Source: an uncultured Methanosarcinales archaeon (GTDB taxonomy: Archaea > Nanobdellota > Nanobdellia > Woesearchaeales > GW2011-AR9). Taken from it: DNA of 64,000 bases. The DNA lies in assembly GCA_964604645.1 (NCBI GenBank), contig CAZRZP010000002.1, forward strand, positions 13,739-77,738, written 5' to 3'. Position numbers and translations under genes: made by a program. This document shows, one piece after another, positions 27,527-38,255 of the stretch. Each line of letters begins with the position of its first letter. Position 1 is the stretch's first letter. The notes beneath the pieces are model-generated. The model saw nothing but the letters and a program-made list of their open reading frames with translations, was not told the DNA's origin and did not search any database.

Positions 27527-29032
27527 TTACAAATATTTTATTGGAACCATATTTCCTTGATTTAATCTTTCAGCTCCAAAAGCTTTCTTAACTGCTGCAA
27601 TTTCTTTAATTCCTTTTTCCCCATACATTAATTGCAATAATGGTTTTCCATTAAAAGTTTTTTTTCCAACTCCATGTTCTCCACTTACTGTACCACCTAA
27701 AGCAACAGCCCGATGTGCAAGATAAGTGTAAAAGGAAAGGCCAGCATTCATTTCAACTTGATTTATTGGTATAAAATTGAAATGTAATTGCTGATTTCCA
27801 ACATGACCAAATAATGCAGTACATGGATCTGATGGACCAAATGAGGCATATTCTCTAGCAGTTTCTCTATAAAGGTCCATCATTTTTCGGAAATTATTGA
27901 GAGGAACTGCAAAATCAGTAGCAATTTTTTTCATTCCTGCTTTTCTGATAATATCATTAATTGTTTCTGGAATAGAGTGTCGAAAAGATGTAACTTTAGT
28001 TGCATCAATCCAGCTGTCTATAACTTGATGTTTTTCGTACAAATGTTCTACCATTTTTTGAGTATTTTGATCATCTTGAAAGAATTCAATTTCAACTGCC
28101 GCTCTAGCGGATTTTGGAACGTTATTATTTTCTGGAAGAAAAATGGCATTTTTATCAAAATATTCTAAGGTAATGAACCCGTTATTATTAGTTGCATTGT
28201 ACTTGTTCTCTCTACAATCATTAACAAAATTAAATGCATGGGTTTCATCATCAAAAAATAAAATGTATGTTTCCATCTCTTGGCGTTTTTTAAGTTTGAC
28301 GCCAACTTCACTAACTACTCCTAAAATCCCTTCGCTTCCAATTATTAAATCGCATAAGCCATTGGTTTCCTGCACGTATAAACCAGCTGCATTTTTTACT
28401 TTTGGTGGGGCGTAGGTGGGCAAAGGTATTTGGTAAAGCAAGTTATTTTCTGTAACAAATGATAAATGTTTACTATTTGTTTCATATTCGTCTTTCTTTA
28501 CATCCACGACAGCTCCATCCATTAGAACCATTCTTAAACTTGTAACATGATTTCTTGTAGCTCCTAAACCAAAAGATCGGCTTCCTGAAGCGTTCGTAGC
28601 AACGTTTCCTCCTAAAAAAGCAGAGGTTTCCGTTGGATTTGGTTGGTACCACAAACCTAAAGCAGCTAACTCTCTATCTATAGTTCTTAATGATATACCA
28701 GGAGGGAAGATGGCTTCTTTTTTATCTAAACTTAAATTAAATATTACTTCTCCTTGTTCAGTGTTAACTTTTTTTTGTTCAAATCCATTTTTTGGTGGTA
28801 CTGATAAGAAATTTTGCATTGCTATAACATATCCGCCATTATTTGGAACACAAGCACCAGTTATACCAGTTCCTCCACCTCTAATGGTTAAAGGTTCAGT
28901 TGTAGATTTAATAATTTCAATCAATTCAGATTCATTATTCGGTTTAAAAACTCCTTTTACTTTGTCTGTTGAAAAACCGCTAGCATCCTTCAAGAAATCA
29001 GGATTAATGTTATCATGCTTTTTCATACTCAT
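27527..29032 (-). CDS. FAD-linked oxidase (GlcD / D-lactate dehydrogenase family)
   Basis: FAD-binding PCMH motif RGGGTGITGACVPNNGGYVI; 501 aa with the conserved C-terminal GlcD region. Confidence 0.8.
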   Translation of the reverse strand: MSMKKHDNINPDFLKDASGFSTDKVKGVFKPNNESELIEIIKSTTEPLTIRGGGTGITGACVPNNGGYVIAMQNFLSVPPKNGFEQKKVNTEQGEVIFNLSLDKKEAIFPPGISLRTIDRELAALGLWYQPNPTETSAFLGGNVATNASGSRSFGLGATRNHVTSLRMVLMDGAVVDVKKDEYETNSKHLSFVTENNLLYQIPLPTYAPPKVKNAAGLYVQETNGLCDLIIGSEGILGVVSEVGVKLKKRQEMETYILFFDDETHAFNFVNDCRENKYNATNNNGFITLEYFDKNAIFLPENNNVPKSARAAVEIEFFQDDQNTQKMVEHLYEKHQVIDSWIDATKVTSFRHSIPETINDIIRKAGMKKIATDFAVPLNNFRKMMDLYRETAREYASFGPSDPCTALFGHVGNQQLHFNFIPINQVEMNAGLSFYTYLAHRAVALGGTVSGEHGVGKKTFNGKPLLQLMYGEKGIKEIAAVKKAFGAERLNQGNMVPIKYL

Positions 29033-29173
29033 TTATGTTAGAATTGTAGTTTTATTAAAAGCTTTAATGAATTAGAAAAGTTATCATAAACTATATTGAT
29101 AAGGTAATCTTTAAATAAATTAGACACACTTTGGAAATAATTGGAAGAATAAGGAAGACTAAAAAATAAAAAG

Positions 29174-31456
29174 GTGAATAAGATGCATGTAGTATGGTTC
29201 AAAGATTTAAATAAAGATTCTCTGCCTGTCGCTGGAGGAAAGGGGGCTAATTTAGGTGAAATGTATTCCCTTGGTTTGCCTATTCCTAATGGTTTTGCAG
29301 TTACTGCACAAGCCTATAAAGAATTTGTCGAAAAATCAGGCATCGGTCCTAAAATAAAGGAAATTTTAGCTAACCTCAATGTAGAAGATACTGCTTCTTT
29401 ACAAGTTATTGCAAAAAGTGTTCAACAATTGATAATTGATACTCCAATTCCAGAAGATATTGTTGAAGCGGTTCAGGATAGTTATGAATTAATTGGAACT
29501 GATGGGAAGCAAGCTGCAGACTTAGTTTCAGGCAGCGAAGAATTTGTTGCAGTTAGAAGTAGTGCAACAGCAGAAGATTTACCTGAAGCATCTTTTGCAG
29601 GTCAACAAGCAACATTTCTTAATGTAAAAGGAAAGAATAAAGTTATTGCAGCAGTTCATGCTTGCTGGGCTTCTTTGTTTACAGCCAGAGCAATTTATTA
29701 TAGAGAAAAGAATAATTTTGATCACATGAGTGTTTTGATTTCGGCTATAGTACAACGAATGGTTAATTCTGAAAAATCTGGTGTAATGTTTACGGCTAAT
29801 CCTGCAACTAATAATACAAAAGAAATTGTAATTGAAGGAATTTATGGTTTAGGAGAATACATTGTTGGTGGAAAAGTAACTCCAGATACTTATATTGTTG
29901 ATAAACAGAAAAATAAAATTCTTAAGCGGGAAATTAGAACTAAAACTATAGGTTTGTTCCGGAATGAAGAAGGATTAAATGAAGAACAGGAAATTCCTAA
30001 AGAAGAACAGGATAGACAAGTTGTAGTAGATTCAGATGTTCGTGAAATTGCTCGTTATGGGAAGAAATTAGAAGAACATTACAATAAACCACAGGATGTT
30101 GAATGGGCTATTGAAAAGAATGAAATATTTATCGTTCAGACAAGAGCCATTACAACCCTAAAAAGTAGAAAAGAAGACAAAAAGATTGAAGTTGAAAAAG
30201 GGCAAATTCTTTTGAAAGGTGAAACTGCTTCTAGAGGTTCAGGGGTTGGGCCAGTGAAAGTAGTTTTAGAAATGGCTGATTTACAAAAAATTGAAACCGG
30301 CGATGTTTTGGTAACACCTATGACTACACCAGATTTTGTTCCAAGCATGAAAAAAGTTGTTGGTATTGTTACCGATCAGGGTGGGATGACTTCTCACGCA
30401 GCTATTGTAAGTAGGGAGATGGGAATTCCTTGTATTGTTGGTACCGAACATGCAACTAAAGTTTTAAAGGATGGTCAAATAATAACTGTTGTTGCTTCAC
30501 AGGGAGTTGTTTTAGCTGGTAGACATAAAATAGAAAAAGAAGTGGCGTCAACTGGAGAAAAAGTACCTACAAAAACGGCAATAAAAGTTTTGACTGATCT
30601 TCCAGATTATGCTGAAAAGGCTGCAGCTACTAATGCTGATGGTGTTGGTTTAGTTAGGTTAGAGATTATGATTGCGAATGGTGGAATTCATCCAGCTGAA
30701 TATATCAGGCAGGGAAAGGATCAAGATTATATTGATTTACTAAAGAAAGGCATTGGAAAAATAGCTAAGGCGTTTGAAGGTAAACCTATTTGGGTTCGAT
30801 GTTCAGATATGAGAAGTGATGAATATAGAAACTTAGAAGGTGGAGATAAAGAACCAAAAGAAACTGACCCAATGATTGGCTGGCATGCTATACGTAGACT
30901 ATTAGATGAACCAGGTATTTTAAAAGCGGAATTTCAAGCAATAAGGGATTTACACTATGAAGGTCTGAAAAACGTTGGCGTTATGATTCCTTTTGTAATT
31001 AATGTGGATGAATTGAAACAAGCAAAAGCAATCATGAGAGAAGTTGGTTTGGAGCCGTGTAAAGCGATTGATTTTGGAGTTATGGTTGAAACTCCAGCTA
31101 GTTGTTGGATTATTGAGGATTTATGTAAAGAAGGAATTAGCTTTGTTTCATTTGGAACAAATGATTTAACTCAATTGACTTTAGGTATAGATCGTAACAA
31201 TCCAAAAATTCAGAAACATTTTGATGAGCTGCATCCAGCAGTTTTGGGTGAGATTGCGAAGGTAATCAAAGTTTGTCAAAAATTTAAAGTTAAAACTTCA
31301 ATTTGTGGACAAGCTGGTTCTAAACCAAAGATGGCAGAATTTTTGGTACACCAAGGGATTGATAGCATATCAGCAAATGTTGATGCAGTTGAAGAAATTA
31401 GCAAGGTTGTTGCACAGGCTGAGAAAAAGATATCTGGTGGCGGAAAAAATGAATAA
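29174..31456 (+). CDS. ppsA: Phosphoenolpyruvate synthase (pyruvate, water dikinase)
   Basis: PPDK_N ATP-grasp LPVAGGKGANLGEM; phosphohistidine swivel GGMTSHAAIVSREMGIPCIVG; C-terminal PEP-utilising TIM barrel; true start may be the ATG at 29183 (GGTGA RBS spacing). Confidence 0.9.
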   Translation: MNKMHVVWFKDLNKDSLPVAGGKGANLGEMYSLGLPIPNGFAVTAQAYKEFVEKSGIGPKIKEILANLNVEDTASLQVIAKSVQQLIIDTPIPEDIVEAVQDSYELIGTDGKQAADLVSGSEEFVAVRSSATAEDLPEASFAGQQATFLNVKGKNKVIAAVHACWASLFTARAIYYREKNNFDHMSVLISAIVQRMVNSEKSGVMFTANPATNNTKEIVIEGIYGLGEYIVGGKVTPDTYIVDKQKNKILKREIRTKTIGLFRNEEGLNEEQEIPKEEQDRQVVVDSDVREIARYGKKLEEHYNKPQDVEWAIEKNEIFIVQTRAITTLKSRKEDKKIEVEKGQILLKGETASRGSGVGPVKVVLEMADLQKIETGDVLVTPMTTPDFVPSMKKVVGIVTDQGGMTSHAAIVSREMGIPCIVGTEHATKVLKDGQIITVVASQGVVLAGRHKIEKEVASTGEKVPTKTAIKVLTDLPDYAEKAAATNADGVGLVRLEIMIANGGIHPAEYIRQGKDQDYIDLLKKGIGKIAKAFEGKPIWVRCSDMRSDEYRNLEGGDKEPKETDPMIGWHAIRRLLDEPGILKAEFQAIRDLHYEGLKNVGVMIPFVINVDELKQAKAIMREVGLEPCKAIDFGVMVETPASCWIIEDLCKEGISFVSFGTNDLTQLTLGIDRNNPKIQKHFDELHPAVLGEIAKVIKVCQKFKVKTSICGQAGSKPKMAEFLVHQGIDSISANVDAVEEISKVVAQAEKKISGGGKNE

Positions 31457-31494
31457 TCTTTTAACTTAATTTTTTAAAATAAAGAGTGAGAAAG

Positions 31495-31725
31495 TTAAGC
31501 CATACTTGGCAGTTTTTTTTCTATTAACTGCAATAATTTTTGATAATGCCTACTACCAATTTTTTGTGCAATTTCATCTAAATTCTTTAGTAACTTTATC
31601 AAAGATTGTTTACTTCTAACTTTATGTGTTTTTATTAGAAACAAAATATCTTTTAATTGCTTGGAACTTAATCCAATTTTGGTTCGCATTACATGCTGAT
31701 AAAATTTTTGTTGAGTCATGTTCAT
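31495..31725 (-). CDS. Small basic hypothetical protein, co-operonic with Rpp21
   Basis: 76 aa; ATGA overlap with the upstream Rpp21 gene. Confidence 0.35.
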   Translation of the reverse strand: MNMTQQKFYQHVMRTKIGLSSKQLKDILFLIKTHKVRSKQSLIKLLKNLDEIAQKIGSRHYQKLLQLIEKKLPSMA

Positions 31726-32066
31726 GGTTTTTTTTCTTTGTTTATTTTACTTTTGTTTTTTTTGATTGGAATTCTCATAAACTTCTTACATTCTAAACAG
31801 CTAATTATTACTTTTCTTTTTCTTGTTCTAACCCGACTATTTACTCCAGGCTGCAAATATTTGTAACAATGTTTACAAAATCTTCTTTTGACTTCAGGTG
31901 GCATCCGGATCCTAACTTTCATCTGAATTTTTCTAGCTAAAGTAACGTATCTATTTGCTAAAGATTTGTTCTTGTTAAATTGTAATGCAGCTTGTTTGAA
32001 TAATTGTTTAATTCTTTCTTTAGCTATCTCTTTCTGTTGTTTTTTAGGAATTGTTGGTCGTGCCAT
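31722..32066 (-). CDS. rnp4: RNase P protein component Rpp21/Rpr2
   Basis: Collinear with archaeal Rpp21: helical N-terminus then Zn ribbon CKHCYKYLQPGVNSRVR...CLECKKF. Confidence 0.85.
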   Translation of the reverse strand: MARPTIPKKQQKEIAKERIKQLFKQAALQFNKNKSLANRYVTLARKIQMKVRIRMPPEVKRRFCKHCYKYLQPGVNSRVRTRKRKVIISCLECKKFMRIPIKKNKSKINKEKKP

Positions 32067-32122
32067 TAGATATAATCAAAACAACAAATAATATAAACTT
32101 ATTTCTTTTCAATACTGAAAGA

Positions 32123-32431
32123 ATGCCGCGCGGAAGACCTACAAAATCTGTAATTCGTCAGAATATTATTGAAATACTTCATTATTTAGGAAAAGGTTAT
32201 GGCTATGATATTGCTAAAATCTACAATAACATTTTTCCTAAAGTAACACAGCGCAGTATCTACTATCATTTACATAAAGGCATTTCTACTGGTGAGATTG
32301 AAATTGAGGAGATAAAAGAAGAAGAAGGTGATTATTCCTGGGGAAAAGTTGTTGAAAAAATATATTATTCTCTTGGAAAAGAAGCTACTCCTAAAGGTGA
32401 AGAAAGAGTTAAAACCTTTTTAGGAATTTAA
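32123..32431 (+). CDS. PadR-like winged-helix transcriptional regulator
   Basis: ILHYLGKGYGYDIAKIYN...QRSIYYHLHKG matches the PadR pattern (hGYeI...siY..L); internal start chosen to avoid overlap with divergent Rpp21. Confidence 0.4.
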   Translation: MPRGRPTKSVIRQNIIEILHYLGKGYGYDIAKIYNNIFPKVTQRSIYYHLHKGISTGEIEIEEIKEEEGDYSWGKVVEKIYYSLGKEATPKGEERVKTFLGI

Positions 32432-32484
32432 TAAAGCATAAGCTAATGTAGAGATGCCATTCATTTCATAGGAGAGAAGCTGAA

Positions 32485-32811
32485 TTATGGCTTCTTCTTT
32501 TGAAAAAAGTCAGGTTGACGTTTTTTTCCTTCTTCAAGTTTCTCTTGTTTTTTGAGAAAACCTTCAAGACCGTTGTTTGCTGTCTGATAAGTCCTTTGTA
32601 AACCGTTTGCAAATTCTTTACCAGCTGGTTCAACAACAGAATGATATCCTCTGTCAACTTCTTGACAACCTTCTACTCCACCAGCAGCGATGGTTGCTGC
32701 CGTCATTAGACCTCCTACAAACATTTTCAATGCATATGCTGGAGCATGTTTAATGCCTTCTCCATTTGCATAGTGTTTTTGATAAAATTTTTTAACTACC
32801 ATAGCTTTCAA
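32485..32811 (-). CDS. Hypothetical protein
   Basis: ORF only; Gly/Ala-rich middle segment. Confidence 0.3.
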   Translation of the reverse strand: MKAMVVKKFYQKHYANGEGIKHAPAYALKMFVGGLMTAATIAAGGVEGCQEVDRGYHSVVEPAGKEFANGLQRTYQTANNGLEGFLKKQEKLEEGKKRQPDFFQKKKP

Positions 32812-32904
32812 TTAAAGAAATAACTACTAAAAGATATGTAGTGGTTAGGATGACAGCACCAAAAGTTTCATATTCTTTATAAAACAATAAACAAACCCAA
32901 ATTT

Positions 32905-33597
32905 ATGCCAATTCTAAGCTTTTCAACTAAGGTTTTAGATAAAAAGACTTTAGCGCAGGATGTAATTTTATTATCTTTTTCAAGACCAGAAGAATTTGAT
33001 TTTAAAGCAGGTCAATTCATAACTTTGGCAATTGAGAAAGATGGTGAGAAAAAGAATAGGTCTTACTCTATTTTAAGCCCACCATCTCAAAAAGATAGTT
33101 TAGATTTGGCTATCAAAATAGTTGAAGATGGTTTTGCTTCTGAAGTATTTGATAGTACGCAAATAGGCGATTCTTTTGAAGGAAAAGGACCTTTTGGACA
33201 TTTTGTTTTTGATAATGTTGATGAGAATAAAGAAATGTGGTTTATTGGTGGTGGCACTGGTTTAGCTCCTTTATATTCAATGGTTAAGGAATATTTGCTT
33301 AATTCTACTGATAGGAGATTTGTGTTGCTGTTTAGCGTAAAAACTCAAAATGACTTGTTTCTTCATCAAGAATTATTGCGGTTAGAGCAAAATACTGCCA
33401 ATTTTACTTACAAGCCTACACTTACCAGAGAAGAATGGGATGGTTTGATGGGAAGAGTAACAAAACACTTACCAGAGTCTACTAAAAACAAAACTTTTTA
33501 TATCTGTGGATTAAAGGAATTGGTATTAGATTCAAAAGCGGCACTTGAAAATTTAGGTGTAGCTAAAGAAAATCTGAAGTTTGAAAGATATACGTGA
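32905..33597 (+). CDS. FAD/NAD(P)-binding oxidoreductase (ferredoxin-NADP reductase-like, no Fe-S tail)
   Basis: RSYSI flavin motif; GGGTGLAPL NAD(P) motif; 230 aa. Confidence 0.7.
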   Translation: MPILSFSTKVLDKKTLAQDVILLSFSRPEEFDFKAGQFITLAIEKDGEKKNRSYSILSPPSQKDSLDLAIKIVEDGFASEVFDSTQIGDSFEGKGPFGHFVFDNVDENKEMWFIGGGTGLAPLYSMVKEYLLNSTDRRFVLLFSVKTQNDLFLHQELLRLEQNTANFTYKPTLTREEWDGLMGRVTKHLPESTKNKTFYICGLKELVLDSKAALENLGVAKENLKFERYT

Positions 33598-33606
33598 GGT
33601 GTTAGA

Positions 33607-35061
33607 ATGAAATTTTCAATTAATTCAAAGCAAAGTGAAGTTGCAGCATTCTGTGTTTTTGAGAAAGAATCTTTATCTGGGAAGTTAGGTAAAGAATTGT
33701 CTCAAGCAGTTAAGAAAAAAAGGTTTAACGGTAAATTTGGTGAAATTTTCAAAACCAAAAGTGATAAACAGGAATTAATTTTAATAATTGGTTTAGGCAA
33801 TAAGAAAGAATTTAGTTTAGAAAGACTCCGTCGTGTCGTTGGTAAATTAGTTAAGCAAACAAAAGCTGCTAAATACGAAACCCTTTCCATAGATTTTGAT
33901 TGTTGCAAGGGAATATTTAATGCAGAAGAATTAGGTGCAGCTTCAGCTGAATCAGCTTTGTTGGCAAATTATTCATTTGATAAATATTTTTCAAAAGAGA
34001 AAAAAGAAAAGAAACGTCCACTAGAAACATTAAATTTTGCCTGGGCAGGAAGCAAAAATTTTGGAGTGGGATTAAAGAGGGGCAAAGTTATTGGCGAAGC
34101 AAGTAATTTTGTAAGAGATTTAGTTAATGAACCGGCTGGTGTTGCTCATTCTTTATTTTTAGAAAAAGTCGTAAAAAATATTGTTGCTAGACATAGTAAG
34201 TTGAGGTTGAAAGTTCTAAACAAACCTGAACTGAAAAAATTAGGTATGGGTGCGTTGTTGGGAGTTAATGCCGGCAGCTCTTATCCACCAAAATTGATTT
34301 TTATTGAATATCGTGGGAAACCAAGTGGTAAATGGACGGCTTTGGTTGGAAAAGGTATTACATTTGATTCAGGTGGATATAATCTTAAACCAACTAAATA
34401 CATTGAAGACATGAAAAGTGACATGGCTGGTTCTGCTGCTGTTCTTGGAACGATAAAAGCAGCTGCCGAACTTGGAATAAAGCAAAATATTGTTGGAGTT
34501 ATGGCTGTATGTGAAAATATGGTTAGTTCTCTGGCTCAGCGACCAGGAGATATTGTTAAAGCTTACAATGGTAAAACTATTGAGATAGGTAATACTGATG
34601 CTGAAGGAAGATTAGTGTTAGCAGATGCCTTAGCTTATACAGAAAAAAAATATCAACCGGAAGTGATGATAGATCTTGCTACATTAACTGGTGCTTGTGT
34701 AGTGGCATTGGGTTATTATGCTGCTGCTGTTGTAAGTAAAGATGAAAGATTAGTTGCAGATTTAAAAAATGCTGGTGATAAAAGTGGAGATCGAATTTGG
34801 CAATTGCCATTCTATGAAGAGTATCATGATGCAATGGATGGTAGTATAAGTGATCTTAATAATATCTCACAGAAAGGTAAGGGTTATGAGGGTGGTTCAA
34901 TAACTGCTGGTGTGTTCTTAAGCAAATTTGTTGAGAAATCTAGGTGGGCTCATTTAGACATAGCAGGATCAGCTTACTGGGGGGTAAATGGAGATTACTT
35001 GGGTAAAGGGCCTACTGGCTCTGGAGTAAGAGCATTATGTTATTATTTGTTGAATAAATAA
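33607..35061 (+). CDS. pepA: Leucyl aminopeptidase (M17 family)
   Basis: Signature NTDAEGRLVLADAL; full M17 catalytic domain. Confidence 0.85.
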   Translation: MKFSINSKQSEVAAFCVFEKESLSGKLGKELSQAVKKKRFNGKFGEIFKTKSDKQELILIIGLGNKKEFSLERLRRVVGKLVKQTKAAKYETLSIDFDCCKGIFNAEELGAASAESALLANYSFDKYFSKEKKEKKRPLETLNFAWAGSKNFGVGLKRGKVIGEASNFVRDLVNEPAGVAHSLFLEKVVKNIVARHSKLRLKVLNKPELKKLGMGALLGVNAGSSYPPKLIFIEYRGKPSGKWTALVGKGITFDSGGYNLKPTKYIEDMKSDMAGSAAVLGTIKAAAELGIKQNIVGVMAVCENMVSSLAQRPGDIVKAYNGKTIEIGNTDAEGRLVLADALAYTEKKYQPEVMIDLATLTGACVVALGYYAAAVVSKDERLVADLKNAGDKSGDRIWQLPFYEEYHDAMDGSISDLNNISQKGKGYEGGSITAGVFLSKFVEKSRWAHLDIAGSAYWGVNGDYLGKGPTGSGVRALCYYLLNK

Positions 35062-35089
35062 TAAAAACCCCACTCTTAGAATTAGGTAA

Positions 35090-36022
35090 ATGGAAGAATT
35101 AATAATTCTTGGAACCGGTATTTCCGGTTGTACTGCTGCTATTTATGCTGCACGGGCTGCATTATCTCCTTTAGTTATTTCTGGTCCCGAAGATGGGGGA
35201 CAACTTACTCTTACAACGGATGTTGAAAACTTTCCTGGTTTTCCTGAAGGGGTGCAAGGACCTGAATTAGTTCAAAATGCGAGAAAACAAGCTGAACGTT
35301 TTGGTGCTCGTTTTAAAGTTGATATAGTGCAAGATATTAGGATGGAAAAGAATGAAAATTCATCAAGAATATTTGAACTTGATTTGGTAAGTGGAGAAAA
35401 GATTCAATGTAAAACATTAATTGTTGCAACTGGAGCTTCAGCAAGATGGTTAGGTATTCCTAGTGAAGAGAAATACAAAGGTAGAGGAGTAACTACTTGC
35501 GCTACTTGTGATGGGGCTTTCTTTAAAGACAAAGAAGTCGTGGTTATTGGTGGGGGAGATAGTGCTATGGAAGAAGCAACATTTCTTACAAAATTCTGTA
35601 CGAAAGTTACAGTGGTTCATCGACGTGAAGAATTACGTGCTTCAAAAATAATGCAAGATAAAGCTAGAAAGAACCCTAAAATTGAGTTTATTTGGAATTC
35701 AGTTATTGAAGAAATTTACGGAGAAAAAATTGTACAAGGAATTAAATTAAAAAATGTTAATTCATCAGAAATTGTAGATTTTAAAACAGACGGGGTTTTC
35801 TTGGCAATTGGACATATTCCAAATACTAAATTCTTGCAGGGTAAAGTTGATTTAGATGATCATGGTTACATTAAAGCAGATAAAAACATGCATACTTCAG
35901 TAAAAGGATTATTTGCAGCTGGTGATGTGCAAGATACACGTTTTAGGCAAGCGATAACTGCAGCCGGTAGCGGTTGTATGGCTGCAATGGAAGCTGAGAA
36001 GTTATTAGCAGAAGAGGAATAA
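35090..36022 (+). CDS. trxB: Thioredoxin reductase
   Basis: Redox-active CATCDG; FAD GxGxxG at N-terminus; NADPH GGGDSAMEEA. Confidence 0.9.
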   Translation: MEELIILGTGISGCTAAIYAARAALSPLVISGPEDGGQLTLTTDVENFPGFPEGVQGPELVQNARKQAERFGARFKVDIVQDIRMEKNENSSRIFELDLVSGEKIQCKTLIVATGASARWLGIPSEEKYKGRGVTTCATCDGAFFKDKEVVVIGGGDSAMEEATFLTKFCTKVTVVHRREELRASKIMQDKARKNPKIEFIWNSVIEEIYGEKIVQGIKLKNVNSSEIVDFKTDGVFLAIGHIPNTKFLQGKVDLDDHGYIKADKNMHTSVKGLFAAGDVQDTRFRQAITAAGSGCMAAMEAEKLLAEEE

Positions 36023-36026
36023 TTCT

Positions 36027-36317
36027 ATGGGTTTGTATCTGAGATTAGAACCCTATGAAATTCCTGCTTTGAGAATTACTTTACATTCAATAGGTTTTAA
36101 TTATTCAAGAAAACATAACATGGATTTAGAAATAGAGAACGTTGGTGTTAACTTTTCTAATCCTAATAAAGGCTTACTTCAATTAGTTGGTTATAGTAAA
36201 GGGGCGTCTAAATTGCAAAGCCGTTATGTTAAGAAATTATATGATATGTTATGTCCGATGTCAGTAGTTGATGATTTGGGAAGAGAAGTAGATTTAGTAA
36301 GTATAATTGAGAAATAA
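36027..36317 (+). CDS. Hypothetical small protein
   Basis: ORF immediately downstream of trxB, same strand. Confidence 0.35.
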   Translation: MGLYLRLEPYEIPALRITLHSIGFNYSRKHNMDLEIENVGVNFSNPNKGLLQLVGYSKGASKLQSRYVKKLYDMLCPMSVVDDLGREVDLVSIIEK

Positions 36318-36330
36318 TCTGGACATTATA

Positions 36331-37548
36331 CTAAACAAGTAACTTAGTAAAAAAAGGTATTACTAAATTTAACAGAAGCAGAAGCAAAAAGAATAAACTA
36401 ATTTGTCTGTAACGTTTCTCACCCAAAGCTTTTCCTTTAAGTCTATGTAGGAATACTTGTGCCATTCTTCCACCATCAACAATAGGTAATGGTAATAGAT
36501 TAAACAATCCAATACCTAAACTTAATACATAAATCCAAAATAAGAAACCTTTATTTCCGTTAGTCATACCTGTAAACCATTCTAAAACATAAAAAATGGA
36601 TTTTGAAAATGGTCCACTGTATTTTTCTTTAAGATTAATGTCGTTACGTATTTGGTTAATTCCTAAATAACCTCTTATAGGATTATCGGGATGAGCTGCT
36701 AAAGTAATTGGAACTAATCCCGTTTCAGTTTGTAACGATATTTCTTCTCCTGGTCTAAATAATGAGACTTCATTATAGAACTCTTCAAAATTAGTTATTT
36801 TAACTAAAGGCGTATTTGTACCTTTCAAACCAGAAATAATTGTCCCAGGTTGAATTCCAGCTTCTGCCAGTGGTAAATTATCGTTAACATAAGCATCAAA
36901 TGTAAAACCATTTGACTCAACCATCGTTCCTTGAATGGGAAGAAAAACTAATTGTAATAGTAATAACCCGATTAATGCCAAAATGATGTTGGAAAAGGCA
37001 CCAGCTGCTAATACTGAATATTGAGTAATGTCGCTTTGAGATCTCAGTTTATTTTCATTTGGTTCAACAAATGCTCCAATTATCGGACCAAAAAATACAA
37101 AGCCAGTATTTTTTACTTGGATTTTATGTGCTCTCGCTACAATTCCATGTGCGAACTCGTGCACAACAGCAATAACGAAAATTGCAATTAACCAGTACCA
37201 AAATGGTAATATGCCTATTCCAGGAAGATTAACTCCAGGTAGAACTAAAGCTACACCGGAAGCAGCTTGTGGAGAAGCAAGAATATCAATCAAATTTTTT
37301 ATCAAAAGAACCGAAATGATAAGTCCACCCACGTAACCTGCTCCAACTCCAATATATCCTAAGAGAATTACCCATTCGCGATATTTTGCAGCATATTTAT
37401 CCATCCATCTTAATCCCCACTTCATACGATAGAGGAAAATGAACTTTGCCTGCACTTGAACCCTGTTTCTTTTTAAGTAGAGAAAGGCAATTACGATTAG
37501 GTAGAATAGAATTACAAATTTATATTTGATTAGAAAATCTAACACCAT
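36331..37548 (-). CDS. Site-2 protease (M50 family) with PDZ-like domain
   Basis: HEFAHG zinc motif in a TM helix; polytopic membrane protein; central soluble PDZ-like segment. Confidence 0.8.
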   Translation of the reverse strand: MVLDFLIKYKFVILFYLIVIAFLYLKRNRVQVQAKFIFLYRMKWGLRWMDKYAAKYREWVILLGYIGVGAGYVGGLIISVLLIKNLIDILASPQAASGVALVLPGVNLPGIGILPFWYWLIAIFVIAVVHEFAHGIVARAHKIQVKNTGFVFFGPIIGAFVEPNENKLRSQSDITQYSVLAAGAFSNIILALIGLLLLQLVFLPIQGTMVESNGFTFDAYVNDNLPLAEAGIQPGTIISGLKGTNTPLVKITNFEEFYNEVSLFRPGEEISLQTETGLVPITLAAHPDNPIRGYLGINQIRNDINLKEKYSGPFSKSIFYVLEWFTGMTNGNKGFLFWIYVLSLGIGLFNLLPLPIVDGGRMAQVFLHRLKGKALGEKRYRQISLFFLLLLLLNLVIPFFTKLLV

Positions 37549-37664
37549 TTACTTTGTGTTTGCTATAACGTTTTTATAAGTTTCTATTTCTTAAGATGTA
37601 AAGAATGATAATTAAGATAACACTATAAGGTATTATTAGTAATTAAAAAATAAATTAAAAAAGA

Positions 37665-37826
37665 TCACTTCTTTCTTTTTGGCCTAACTTTTCTTGAAGA
37701 ACACTTTCGACAACTAACTAAATTTTGACTAACCGCTAAACTTTTTGCTCTAATTTTACTTTTACATCTACGGCAGACAAATACATCATTTATCATACGG
37801 GCCATTGCTTCTGGAAATTTTACCAT
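37665..37826 (-). CDS. rpl40e: 50S ribosomal protein L40e (missed by the >=60-aa ORF track)
   Basis: MVKFPEAMARMINDVFVCRRCKSKIRAKSLAVSQNLVSCRKCSSRKVRPKRKK matches the L40e C4 zinc-ribbon pattern. Confidence 0.75.
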   Translation of the reverse strand: MVKFPEAMARMINDVFVCRRCKSKIRAKSLAVSQNLVSCRKCSSRKVRPKRKK

Positions 37827-37853
37827 TTTTTCTTTGTTTTTATGCTAATTTTA

Positions 37854-38255
37854 TTATTTGACTTGTTTTATGATTTTGCTTCCCATTATTGTCCAATATA
37901 AGACTTCTGATCCTTCTTTGATCTGATCTTTAAACTCCTCTGGAATATCTAAGTCAAACGTTTCGTAGGTTTCGTTATCCATCACATTTACTGAATCACC
38001 TGATGCTGATAACACTTGTGCAGTTTTCTTTTCAATTATTGGGACTGGTACTCTATCATGGCCGGGCATCATTAATTGTCTTTTCTTTCCATCTAATAGA
38101 CCTACTGCAGTTAAGTTAACTTTAGCATGCCCATGTTTTCCTGGTCTGCTTGTTGCGGTATCTGTAATTTTACAAGCGATACCGTCGATGACAATTGAAT
38201 CTCCTTTCTTGAGACTACCCACACTCACTAATTTAGTATTATCCATTAAAACCAC
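37854..38255 (-). CDS. eif5a: Translation initiation factor 5A (aIF-5A)
   Basis: Hypusine loop TSRPGKHGHAKV; 133 aa. Confidence 0.9.
   Translation of the reverse strand: MVLMDNTKLVSVGSLKKGDSIVIDGIACKITDTATSRPGKHGHAKVNLTAVGLLDGKKRQLMMPGHDRVPVPIIEKKTAQVLSASGDSVNVMDNETYETFDLDIPEEFKDQIKEGSEVLYWTIMGSKIIKQVK

Noticed and set aside
29110-29119. tttaaataaa as the ppsA promoter TATA box
   Set aside because: It lies more than 60 nt upstream of the start codon; possible but not distinguishable from background AT-richness, so not listed as a feature.
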